Below are positions 36,280 to 47,972 of a stretch of 64,000 nucleotides of DNA, piece after piece. Within the stretch, counting starts at the first letter, position 1, and every line of letters starts with the position of its first letter. The position numbers were made by a program, and so were the translations under genes. Source of the stretch: Octopus sinensis (Eukaryota); the NCBI RefSeq assembly GCF_006345805.1, contig NC_043001.1, positions 14,384,001-14,448,000 of the forward strand. Direction: 5' to 3'. The notes below the pieces were generated by a model. It saw only the letters and a list, made by a program, of their open reading frames with translations, searched no databases and was not told the DNA's origin.

Positions 36280-37063
36280 CTATTTCTTTACTACCCACAA
36301 GGAGCTAAACACGGAGAGGACAAACAAGGACAGACAAACGGATTAAGTCGATTATATCGACCCCAGTGCGTAACTGGTACTTAGTTTATCGACCCCGAAA
36401 GGACGAAAGGCAAAGTCGACCTCGGCGGAATTTGAACTCAGAACGTAGCGGCAGACGAAATACCTATTTCTTTACTACACACAAGGGGCTAAACACAGAG
36501 GGGACAAACAAGGACAGACAAACGGATTAAGTCGATTATATTGACCCCAGTGCGTAACTGGTTCTTACTTAATCGACCCCGAAAGGATGAAAGGCAAAGT
36601 CGACCTCGGCGGAATTTGAACTCAGAACGTAACGGCAGACGAAATACCTATTTCTTTATTACCCACAAGGGGCTAAACACAGAGGGGACAAACAAGGACA
36701 GACAAACGGATTAAGTCGATTATATCGACCCCAGTGCGTAACTGGTACTTAGTTTATCGACCACGAAAGGATGAAAGGCAAAGTCGACCTCGGTGGAATT
36801 TGAACTCAGAACGTAGCGGCAGACTAAATACCTATTTCTTTACTACCCACAAGGGGCTAAACACAGAGGGGACAAACAAGGACAGACAAACGGATTAAGT
36901 CGATTATATCGACCCCAGTGCGTAACTGGTACTTAGTTTATCGACCCCGAAAGGATGAAAGGCAAAGTCGACCTCGGCGGAATTTGAACTCAGAACGTAA
37001 CGGCAGACGAAATACTGCTAAGCATTTCGCCCGGCGTGCTAACGTTTCTGCCAGCTCACCGCC
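36280..37063 (-). mobile_element. SINE-C tetramer, period 184 bp
   Basis: CTATTTCTTT at 36280, 36464, 36648, 36832; only the last unit carries the full head. Confidence 0.95.
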
Positions 37064-37952
37064 TTATCAAAGAAGACCCTACCGTCTTAAAAAGAGACGA
37101 TATAGACAATGTAATATCACACACATACAGACATACTTTCTCTCTCTCTCACGCACACACATACACTCTCTTACATTCACACACACTACACACGCATACA
37201 GAAAAGGAGAGAGTGGTCAAGTCTGAAATGCCTTTAATTTGAAGGTATTATTCAATCAATTCTGACCGAGGGTTAAAAAGCAACAAGAAAATGTAGTTAC
37301 TCATCCTGCTAGAATCAGCAGAAAACTACCACAGCCACCACCAGTAACCACTGTCTTAGAAAAAAAAAAGACACTGAATAATGCAATCGTAGAATCATTC
37401 TGTCTTGAGAAAAAAACGAAAGAAAATCCCAGACACGCTTTGAATATACGACTTCTCGTTAACAACGTGTTTAGGAGTAGGGCAATAGGTTGGGTCACTT
37501 GACCTGCAGAAATAGCAGTCAAATCGTTTTACTGACTTTTAAAGGAAGACTTGAGTGGATAATGTAGTGTAGAATATACAAGAAAAGTGAAAGAAGAGAA
37601 AGAAGAAAATACCCCCTAAATCCGGATGCAGCTGTAACTACGAGTATCTTTTACGATTCCTCGAAGACTTGTAGCTTGGTCTCACAAGTCGGTGTTATAT
37701 GACGAAGCTTTTTCTGCTTTTTTTTTACCGTCTCCAATTCAAAAATCACCGCAGTGTCGTCCTTCTTATGGTCAATGCTAGCCAGGTAATAGTTTATATT
37801 GTAGATCAGACCCAGACATGGCCGTGTGGTTATGAAACTCGCTTTGCAAACCACATGCTTCCGAGTTCAGTCCCACTGCACGACAGTCCCGGGCTGACCA
37901 TTGCCTTGTGAGTGAATCTGATAGAGTGAAACAAACACACACACACACACAA

Positions 37953-38019
<67 letters not shown>

Positions 38020-38412
38020 CTATGTGTGTCTTTGTGCCGGTGTTTGTTGTTTGTCCTTCTCCCACTGCTTGGCAACAAGTGTTAGTTTGTTTACGTCCCC
38101 CATAACTTAGCGGTTCGGCAAAACACACCGAAAGCACTTCAGTCGATTTGCTCAACTAAAGCATTTCAAGATGGTGCCCCAGCATGGCCGCAGTCTAACG
38201 ACTGAGACAAAAGAAATACAAAAGCCACTCGTAACCCCTTACTTCTGCTAGAAGCATCATACATTCTCGTACTTCAAACGATTCCCATATATCTTGGATC
38301 CTTCTATTCCATTACCTTGCGATGTTACTTTCCCAAGACACTGCCCAATCTGCCGGCTCAACTTGGCGATATAAACCCTTTGCTTATGTCTACCTACACC
38401 TATACATAAGCA

Positions 38413-39077
38413 CAGTGGTTCCCAAACTCCTTTCCGGTTGCCGCCCCTTGACACCCGACCACATTCCAAGCGCCCCACCAGTTTCAGTTTCCATCAACCA
38501 GATTCATTGACAAGGCTTCGGTCAGCTCAGGGCTTTAGTTGAGACACTTGCTCAAGGTGTTACACAGTAGGAATGTGTATGGAAACTAACAGATACAAGT
38601 ATCAAATTAGAGGATAGGTGAGGACTTTGATATTTTGTAGGTATGAGCAACCCTTATCCAGAAAAGGTCCACAGGACTTGGCCCTTCACAAGGTGGGTCA
38701 CACTACTGAAAAAGTTCAAGGTAGTTTTTGTATTAAGCATGCACTTCAGGAAGTTCCACAGAGCATCAGTTTGCTCATGACTGATATAGAGACTAACATC
38801 CCCCCTTGATACCCAACCACATTCCAAGCACCCCACCCCAACTAACTATCACAAGCATAGGCCCCTTTCTGAAGCAAATTTAAAGCAACTGCATTTCACA
38901 AATAAAACTTAACCTAACAAACCCATTATTTTGTTGTTTTTATGTGAATCACCACCCCATTATCACCCCAATCTTTACAAGAATCGCTACCCCATTATCG
39001 CCCCACTTTTCTTCAATGCCGCCTTGGAACTTTCCACTGCCCTCAGAGGGGGTAATGCCGCCCACTTTGGGAACCAC
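38413..39077. mobile_element. hAT-like MITE (CAGTGGTTCCCAAA...TTTGGGAACCAC) with internal insertions
   Basis: Termini shared with about 58378-58759 and 59081-59620. Confidence 0.6.
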
Positions 39078-39139
39078 ATAGCACACCCAAGAGAACAACC
39101 AGCCGTCACTCGAGAGCGAGTACGATTCGGTAAGGAGTA

Positions 39140-39899
39140 CAGGGTGATCAAAAAGTCCCTTCGCAGTGAATGTTTCGGTGAACGGATTATTTCGAAGGGA
39201 CTTTGGCCACCAAGATTACCTGATTTAACACCGCCAGACTTTTTTTTATTCTGGGGAGCAAGTAAAGGATCAGTGTACAAGAATCGCATGAAAACCATTA
39301 ATGAGCTAAAACACAATCTAAATCTTCACATGGTCCATACCGCGTCAGACTCTCCAAGAGGTATTTCAAAACATGTGTAGAAGAGTCAAGGAGGCGCAAT
39401 GGCCCAGTGGTTAGGGCAGCGGACTCGCGGTCGTAGGATCGCGGTTTCGATTCCCAGACCGGGCGTTGTGAGTGTTTATTGGTGATCCCTGCTGTACTCT
39501 TTCGCCACAACTTTCTCTCACTCTTACTTCCTGTTTCTGTTGTACCTGTATTTCAAAGGGCCGGCCTTGTCACTCTCTGTGTCACGCTGAATATCCCCGA
39601 GAACTACGTTAAGGGTACACGTGTCTGTGGAGTGCTCAGCCACTTACACGTTAATTTCACGAGCAGGCTGTTCCGTTGATCGGATCAACCGGAACCCTCA
39701 TCGTCGTAACCGACGGAGTGCTTCCATCAGAAGAGTCAACGTATGTATTGAAAATGAAGGACGACACTTTCAACAGCTCTTATAAAGTTTTTGTAAAGTC
39801 TTGTAAAGTCTAAATTATTCTTTTGTAGTGTTATACCATCTTATAAATATTTATTTTGCAATAAAATACTTACTGCGGAGTGACTTTTTGAACCACCTG
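39140..39899 (+). mobile_element. Internally deleted Tc1/mariner transposon
   Basis: TA|CAGGGTGATCAAAAAGTC...GACTTTTTGAACCACCTG|TA; encodes WPPRLPDLTPPDFFL.WG..KGSVYKN and, across the SINE, QEVFQNMCRRVNVCIENEGRHFQQLL*. Confidence 0.9.
39390..39728 (+). mobile_element. SINE-A head with tail type ii, 11-bp TSD, inserted in the mariner transposase
   Basis: AGAAGAGTCAA at 39379-39389 and 39729-39739. Confidence 0.9.
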
Positions 39900-40135
39900 T
39901 ACTTTGCTTTTGCTAATTGTCACCACGAAGGATAGAACGAACTCTCTACCCAACACCCACCAACCCACTCTTGAACAAGCAGAACATCCAAAACGAAGAG
40001 AGTGCAGCACCAGTATTCTGGTTGATAATCATTTTAAACAAAATAGACTGGGGAAACGCGAAATGAAGTGTCTTGCTCAAGGGCGTAACGTTGTCCAGGA
40101 ATCGAACCTGCCTTCACATGGCACAATATTATATA

Positions 40136-40363
40136 CAGTAATTCCTCGCCATATCACGGTTCACCTATCGCGGTTTATTATTTAAGCTTATATTGATTCC
40201 TCCGCGGCGTAGTTTTGCATTTATAATAAAATAAATGTATACAAATTATAAAAATAATAATAATAATAAATACAGTACAGTACTGTTTCTGCTTCGCGGA
40301 TTTTCACTTATCGGGGTGGGGGGCAATTGGAACGTAACACCCGCGATAGTCGAGGGATTATTG
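40136..40363. mobile_element. Tigger/pogo-like MITE
   Basis: TA|CAGTAATTCCTCG...CGAGGGATTATTG|TA. Confidence 0.75.
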
Positions 40364-41104
40364 TACTTTAATCAAGGCGGCGAGTTGGCAGAATCATTAA
40401 CGTGCCGGGCAATTTACGTCCTGAGTTCAAATTCCGCCGAGGTCAATTTTGCTATTCATCCTTTCGGGGTCGATAAAATAAGTACCCGTTGAACACTGGG
40501 GTCGATATAATCAACTTACTTCCTCCCCCTGAAATTGCTGGCCTTGTGCCAAAATTTGAAACCAAAACATGTACTAGCGTAGCTAGAGTATGTGCCGCCG
40601 CCCGGGGCGGCCCTTCCGTTTGCGGCCCATGGACCCCACAAAAAAACACATATTGCCTACAGCAGACCCAAAAGTACTGCCCCACCCCCACAGTTCACAC
40701 TGAACGGGATGTGGTGCATACGTGTATACACCACACTGGGGCTGTCTCAAGGGACGGCGGGGGGGGCTGAAGGGCACGTGCCCCCTCAAGAAAAGGTGTG
40801 CGCCCTTCTAAATAATGTTATTACGCCCTCTCTCCTGGAATTGTATTCCCGTCTGACCTTGTGCCCTCTCTTCGAGAAACTCCTGGGATCGCGCCTGACA
40901 CATACAGAGGGGGAGTGACAAATAAGTACACTGAGAAAGGGAGAGATACGGTCAGAGAAAGAGTGAGAGAGACTCCGGGTGTGTGTGTGTGTGTGTGTGT
41001 GTGTACCCTTTTACATCAGCCTCAGTTTTGCATTAAATGTACCAAGGTGTATGGCAGGGGATTATATTCCGAGTGTGCGCTGCACACCCATGGAAAATGG
41101 CAAA

Positions 41105-41504
41105 TCTTTATTTATAAAAGTGAAGTTGTGTGAGTGTCTGTCTCCTACGATTTAGATTCCTAACTACTCCCACATTTTGCGGTGCAGTTTAACCAAAAGC
41201 GGGTATCTTATAGTCGTGATTCATATCGAGCCCTTCTGGGTATTAGCGCGCGTCTACGATGAGTCTACGATTTTTAAAATAATTTACCATCATTTGTTTT
41301 CCATTTTAATGCATTTTTCGCTATTATATAAGGGAAGTAACTCTCTAAAAATGTCTACGATGAGTCAACGATTTAAAAAAAAATTACCATAATTTTTTTT
41401 CCATTTTTAATGCATTTTTTTGCTATTTTTTGGCTATAACTCTCTAAAAATGCTTTATAGTTATTTCCCTTACAAACCCGAGCAACGCCGGGCGATACTG
41501 CTAG
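41105..41504 (+). mobile_element. Non-autonomous Helitron-like element, type A
   Basis: A|TC...CCCGAGCAACGCCGGG hairpin...CTAG|T. Confidence 0.8.
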
Positions 41505-41825
41505 TTCATTATAAATATTAATCTTACTCATTAATTTGATGACAAATCTTGATAGAAAATTCTTGTTATATCCCTGCTTGAAATTTGGTGACATTAGGTG
41601 TGGCAGCAGACCCTGTACAAACAACCACCACACGCCACTGCGACTGTATGGATACTCGGCCACCTAACATTGTTAGTCGGTGACTTAATGATCCAACGAT
41701 TGAGGAAATGGATACCAACGAAAGCATAATGGAAACGGGTGAAATTTCTACGTTCTATTTATACAACGAACGTGTCTGTGTATACTTTTATTTTATCACT
41801 GTCTAACAAAGAAACTGTGTGTGTG

Positions 41826-42217
41826 TCTCTATATATAAAGCTGAAGTTGTCTGTGTATGGCAGGTTTGGTAGCCTTCAACTAACACTATCTCCTCCAAGA
41901 CCCTGCGGCGCAAGTTGACCAAAATTGAGAGTATGATAGAAGAAGGCTTGCTCTTCCTTCCGTAGAAGAAAAAATTCAAATCGGACCATGTTAACACCAA
42001 AAATTATTTACATCAAAAAGGTGCTTTTTTTTTTATGAAAATCCCTATTTTTTTACGACTTTTTTACTGCTGTGTCGCCATTTTTCGGTGTATTTCAACC
42101 AGAAAAATGTTCACTTAAAGAGAATAACAAGCTACATAATGCAAAATTTTTACTTTTCCAAAATTCCAATTCTAAAGGGTCGAAACAAACCCGAGCAACG
42201 CCGGGCAATACTGCTAG
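41826..42217 (+). mobile_element. Non-autonomous Helitron-like element, type B
   Basis: TCTCTATATATAAAGCTG start; same 3' hairpin and CTAG end. Confidence 0.75.
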
Positions 42218-42490
42218 CTATAAATGTAGCTGATGTGATTTGTTGAATGTATTAAAGTGTATGGTTGAATCGCAGTGACAGAAAATAAGTTTACTGTCGT
42301 TAACGGTAATGAACATTGGACTTACACTGTACAACGGATATGTGGGACTGATTTGTGTGAGCGTGTATTTATACGTTTAGTCATGTGCGTGTGCTTGTTG
42401 ACTGTAAATATTATTACGTTTATGTGCCCCCGTACAAGAAAACGTATATGTATCGGTATGTCTGTGTCTCAAACGTTTCCTGTTTCTCTA

Positions 42491-42544
<54 letters not shown>

Positions 42545-43226
42545 ATATATATATATATATATACATACATATATATATATATGTGTGTCCTGTACTATAT
42601 TTTTTCGTTGTTTAAGAAAAATGTCCATTTCCTTGGTTTTGTGTTTATGTTTTCGTTTCTCATTGTATTCGACGTTTTTTAGGTGTCCTGTACCTATATA
42701 TGCAATATATTCTACCATGTCCTAAAACATGGGATTCAATACTCAGAGCCTGCTCATGAATTGAACCAGCAGTGTCTGCGTTTGCATGTTTCCCAAAAGA
42801 TATTCACAAATTCAATAACATCCTGAAATCTCAAAGAGTGAGTGCCGGACCATTTACTATGAGAGACTGGGCAGTGTTATTGAAACTGGGAATTCCTTAT
42901 TTTGAGTAGGCTGAAGTTCCAATCACATCTTCGGTCTCCTGGCAGCCCAGTTTTACATGCCAAGTAGAAAGATTGCAGGTAAGCTTTCACCTCGCTCTAA
43001 AAATAAGGACGGTTTCAATTTTGGCATTTGGCCAGGAATATTAGAAAAAATAAGTTAACTGACATCAGTGCCCAACTAGTATTATTTTATCGACCCTGAA
43101 AGACAAAAGTAAAGCTGATCTCTTCGCCATTTGAATTGAGAACGTAAAGAGTCGGAAGAAATTCTATTAGACATTTTCCCGACGCTATAACGATTCTACA
43201 CGTGCGCTGGATTTAATATTTTCTAA

Positions 43227-43547
43227 CTAGCAGTATCGCCCGGCGTTGCTCGGGTTTGTTTCGACCCTTTAGAATTGGAATTTTGGAAAAGTAAAAATTT
43301 TGCATTATGTGTAGCTTGTTATTCTCTTTAAGTGAACATTTTTCTGGTTGAAATACACCAAATAATGGTGACACAGCAGTCAAAAAATCGTTAAAAAATA
43401 GGGATTTTCATAGAAAAAAAGCACCTTTTTGATGTGAATAATTTTAGGTCTTAACATGGTCCGATTTGAATTTTTTCTTCTGCGGAAGGAAGAGCAAGCC
43501 TTTTTCTATCATAGTCTTAATTTTGGTCAGCTTTAAATATATAGAGA
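43227..43547 (-). mobile_element. Helitron-like type B, internally deleted
   Basis: A|TC...CTAG|T on minus; deletion at TGA microhomology relative to the 41826 copy. Confidence 0.8.
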
Positions 43548-43818
43548 TGTAGACAAAAGCCCAGGCTTTTTTTTTTTTTAGTGGGAAGAGTTAGTCGATA
43601 CCATATCGACCCCGAAAGGATGAAAGGCAACGTTAGCATCAGCAGAACTTGAACTAAGAACGCAAAGAGCCAGAAGGAATACTGCAAGACACTTTGCTCG
43701 ATACTTTAGCGATTGTTCCAATCCACCATAAGTCAAAACCGGCGACCTTAACAACTGGAAATGCATTTGCACATTATATCTCTACTCTTTAGAAGGACCG
43801 TGTGGATGAAACACTATC

Positions 43819-44270
43819 TGTTTCTTTACTACCCACAAGGGGCTAAACATAGAGGGGACAAACAAGGACAGACAAAAGGATTAAGTCGATTACATCGACC
43901 CCTAGTGCGTAACTGGTACTTAATTTATCGATCCCCGGAAGGACGAAAGGCAAAGTCGACCTCGGCGGAATTTGAACTCAGAACGTAACGGCAGACGAAA
44001 TACCGCTAAGCACTTCGCCTGGTGTTTTAACGTTTCTTATTTCTTTATTGCCCACAGGGGGCTAAACATAGATGGGGACAAACAAGGACAGACATAGGTA
44101 TTAAGTCGATTACATCGACCCCAGTGCGTAACTGGTACTTAATTTATCGACCCCGAAAGGATGAAAGGCAAAGTCGACCTCGGCGGAATTTGAACTCACA
44201 ACGTAACGCAGACGAAATACCGCTAAACATTTCGCCCGGCGTGCTAACGTTTCTGCCAGCTCGCCGCCTT
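43819..44270 (-). mobile_element. SINE-C dimer with 16-bp TSD
   Basis: TGGATGAAACACTATC at 43803-43818 and 44271-44286. Confidence 0.9.
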
Positions 44271-44534
44271 TGGATGAAACACTATCATATGTGTGTGTGG
44301 AAGCTTCTAGAAAATCTAATTCTGAAGTTTTTGGTATTCAAAAGGAAAGAGAACACGAGGAATATGTAGTACGCTCAGATCCCACTAGTAACCCCGTCAA
44401 AGTCTTCAATCAGAAACCTATAAGGGTAACAATTTGAAATTTAAAGTTCTGAAACAGTAGACTTTCTCGCCGAAAACTCATGAGATGTAATCAATTTCCT
44501 CTAAGACTTTTAAAAGGTATCTGAAGCTTGAGAG

Positions 44535-44845
44535 GCGGTTGGATGGAACTTACACTCGCCTCCTTATGAGAGATCAAAATCTCTCGTGGAAGCGCCATCC
44601 AACCAAAATGCAAATATATGGAAAATTACCACCTGTATCAAACGAGGTAATTTCTACTCTTCTCCTCTGGAAGCTATCTGCTCGCGATACCAGAGGGCGC
44701 ACACTCTCCTACCCTGATGTAATCTCCAAGGATACAGGCATCCAGCAACAGGACCTCCGTAATGATATGATGGACCGTGAGGTCTGGCGTAACATAGTAA
44801 ATTCTATTGTCTCGACCACGGTCGAACAATGATGATGATGATGAT
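44535..44845 (+). mobile_element. RTE LINE 3' end (second family), internally deleted
   Basis: LDGTYTRLLMR.QNLSWKRHPT...RGR.LSYPDVISKDTG...DL...M.DREVWR, then (GAT)n tail. Confidence 0.8.
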
Positions 44846-44871
44846 CTGAAATGCGTTTCTTTTTAACGTAC

Positions 44872-45080
44872 CAGTCCAGGTATCTGCAATACTACAACGC
44901 AGAGTAGTAACCATCAATTCGTTAAACCACAATCTGGAAGTGCTACGTACACTGAAAAACCCAACAAAAATGTTCGACATCTCCCCGCGAGATGCAAACG
45001 CGGCCGTGAGGAGAGCAAGGCAAGTGACGGAAAGAGCAGGAGCAGCGGATGCGGAGCACCTGACGCCAGCCTCGATAATA
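44872..45080 (-). CDS. Candidate 209-bp exon encoding a signal-peptide-like stretch (phase 2-1)
   Basis: tatcttgcag|...ACTG|gtacgt; open frame IIEAGVRCSASAAPALSVTCLALLTAAFASRGEM...DTWT; CpG-rich and matches no other repeat in the window. Confidence 0.3.
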
Positions 45081-45199
45081 CTGCAAGATACTAACCACCC
45101 ACCGCAAAACAAATAACAAGGTAATGCTCATAGAGACTTCTAATAAGTTGTGAGAAAAAGGGCTGGCAAAATTTCGGTTACTTATACAGAAATACTTAC

Positions 45200-45232
45200 G
45201 TTAGCATCTTGTTTGAAGAAGACCCTGCACAC
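45200..45232 (-). CDS. Candidate 33-bp exon, possibly containing the start ATG
   Basis: tcttttgctattccgagttttacctgtag|GTGTGCAGGGTCTTCTTCAAACAAGATGCTAAC|gtaagta; near-consensus splice sites. Confidence 0.35.
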
Positions 45233-45336
45233 CTACAGGTAAAACTCGGAATAGCAAAAGATTGACTGACTCGACCAAATAAAATTATACACACACTCAT
45301 ATACACACATACACATATATTCACATATATACACTC

Positions 45337-45418
<82 letters not shown>

Positions 45419-46152
45419 GGATGGATGGATGGATGGATGGATGGATGGATGGATGGATGGACGGACGGACGGACGGACGGACGGACAGACAGACAGACAG
45501 ACAGACGGACGGATAGACAGACAGACAGACAGATAGACAGACAGACAGATAGAAAGACAGACAGATAGATAGATAGATAGATAGGTAGGTAGATAGGTAT
45601 GTATGTAGGTAGGTGGATGGATAGAGATAGATAGATGGATAGATAGATAGTGCGTATACAATTCTGTGTGTGTCTGTGTGTGCTTGTATTTGTGCATATG
45701 TGTGTGCGTGTCAGCATTAGTGCGTAGATACGCAGATATCACACGTGAAAAGTAGATAATATATAAAAACTGAATGTAAGACGAATAAAGAATTGTTCGA
45801 CTACGAAGATAGACAACATCACCGCCACCAAAACCATCACGATCGCAACCATCGACAGCAGCAGCAGCAACACTAACATCATCATTATTATCGACACCAT
45901 CTTCTATTATCTTCATTATCGTTATAATAATTACCATCACAAATATAATCGCAAACAGCACCACCACCACCACCACCACCACTCTTATAACCACCATCGT
46001 ATGCAACAACGGATAAAGTGAATTTATTAATAGCCGTCACACACACACACACACACACACACAGACATACACACAGACATACACGCAGACATACACACTG
46101 AGGTATCGATAAATAGGGGTACTTGTCTATATTACGTATCTATTAGCATGTA

Positions 46153-46528
46153 TCTCTCTCTATATAAACGGCAGTTTGTCTGTGTGTGTTTCTGTGTGTC
46201 TGTTAGCTTGTACCCTCACCCTGACCACAGCTTTCAACCGATTCTGATGAAACTTAACACACACATAGCCCAATGTCATAATTCAAAACTAACGTAGAGA
46301 AAATTTTGAAAAGTTCCCCCAGTTCTGAAAAAAAATCGATAAATTCGACATGGGGTCGAGAATCAGAAACACAAACCACAGACTGTCTAGGGGACGCAAC
46401 TCGACCGTTTTAACTCTCAAAAAAAAATTTACCATAATTTTTTTTCCATTTTTTTGGCTAAAACTCTCTAAAAATGCTTTATAGTTATTTCCCTTACAAA
46501 CCCGAGCAACGCCGGGCGATACTGCTAG
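46153..46528 (+). mobile_element. Non-autonomous Helitron-like element, type C
   Basis: A|TC...CTAG|T; 3' part shared with type A, 5' part different. Confidence 0.8.
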
Positions 46529-46549
46529 TAGTTGTATAAAATGAATTAT

Positions 46550-47040
46550 ACATATATGTATGTAGGTATGTATGTGTGTGTGTATGTATGTGTGTGTATG
46601 TATGGGTGTATGTAAGTTTGTATGTATGTATGTATGTGTGTGTGTACGTTTGTATGTGTGTATGTATGTGTTTGTATGTATGTATGTATGTATGTATGTA
46701 TGTGTGTATATGTATGTATGTGTGTGTATGTATGTTTGTATGTATGTATGTATGTATTATGTATGTATGTGTGTTGTATGTATGGGTGTATGTAAGTTTG
46801 TATGTATGTATGTATGTGTGTGTGTACGTTTGTATGTGTGTATGTATGTGTTTGTATGTATGTATGTATGTATGTATGTATGTGTGTATATGTATGTATG
46901 TGTGTATGTATGTTTGTATGTATGTATGTATGTATGTATGTATGTATGTGTGTGTATGTGTGTGTATGTGTGTATGTATGTATATATGTATGTATGTGTG
47001 TATGTATGTATGTATGTGTGTATGTATGTATGTATGTAGT
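46550..47040. repeat. (TATG)/(TG) microsatellite with an internal higher-order duplication
   Basis: ATGGGTGTATGTAAGTTTG block occurs twice. Confidence 0.9.
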
Positions 47041-47558
47041 GAATTTTGTATTGCGTATCGAATGATACCTGAAAAGCCACCTGAGACACTGACACCCTTC
47101 GTACGCATGAAAATGAAGAGCTTAATTATTGGCTACAGACCTACTACTCGGATACGAGTTAATGCTGACAATAGCGAATGATATATATATATATATATAT
47201 TTAATAAATGGGCCATTTTTTTAAAAACCTAGACGGTTTCTATGGCGTATGTGTTCCCCAGCTGGACAGGACGCCAGTCCATCGCAGCCTCACTCATTTT
47301 TGCCAGCTGAGTGGACTTGAGCAATGTGAAATGAAGCGTTTTGCTCAAGAACACTACGTGTCGCCCGGTTCAAGAATCGAAACCACAATCTTACGATCAT
47401 GGTCCTGACACCCTAACCACTAAGCTACGCGCCTCCACACACACATACACATATATATACATATATATATATACACATATATACATATACACATATATAC
47501 ATATATAAAACATATGCATATATACATACATATATGTACCTACCTACCTCTTATACAC

Positions 47559-47781
47559 GCATATATGGGTACAGGACACCCAAAAAACGTCGAACACAAT
47601 GAGTAACGAAAACATAAACACAAAACCAAGGAAATGGACATTTTTTTTCCTTGTTTTGTATGTCCTCTACTCTATTTTTTCGTTGTTTTTAAAAAAATGT
47701 CCATTTCCTTGGTTTTGTGTTTATGTTTTCGTTACTCATTGTGTTCGACGTTTTTTTTTTGGTGTCCTGTACCATATATGC
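47559..47781. repeat. Foldback element with about 88-bp inverted arms
   Basis: 47559-47647 pairs with 47691-47781; single related copy at about 42584-42700. Confidence 0.8.
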
Positions 47782-47928
47782 ATGTATATATATACATGTA
47801 GAGGTAGGTACGTACATATATGTATGTATATATGCATATGTTTTATATATGTATATATGTGTATATTATATATGTATATATGTGTGTATATATGTATATA
47901 TATATATATATGTGTGTGTATATATGTA

Positions 47929-47972
<44 letters not shown>

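Noticed and set aside
38641-38692. Plus-strand 52-bp exon (tttgtag|...AAG|gtgggt)
   Set aside because: Lies within a repeat-derived block with no phase or homology support; several similar pseudo-exons (for example near 14715, 23250, 30480, 37340, 44410 on minus) were also discarded.
38931-39380. 149-aa ORF as a host gene
   Set aside because: Chance fusion of hAT-MITE sequence with a deleted mariner transposase fragment.
39390-39465. tRNA genes at SINE heads (also 1470-1546, 10407, 30689, 50234, 59241)
   Set aside because: A/B boxes continue directly into SINE bodies with TSDs; no complete cloverleaf verified.
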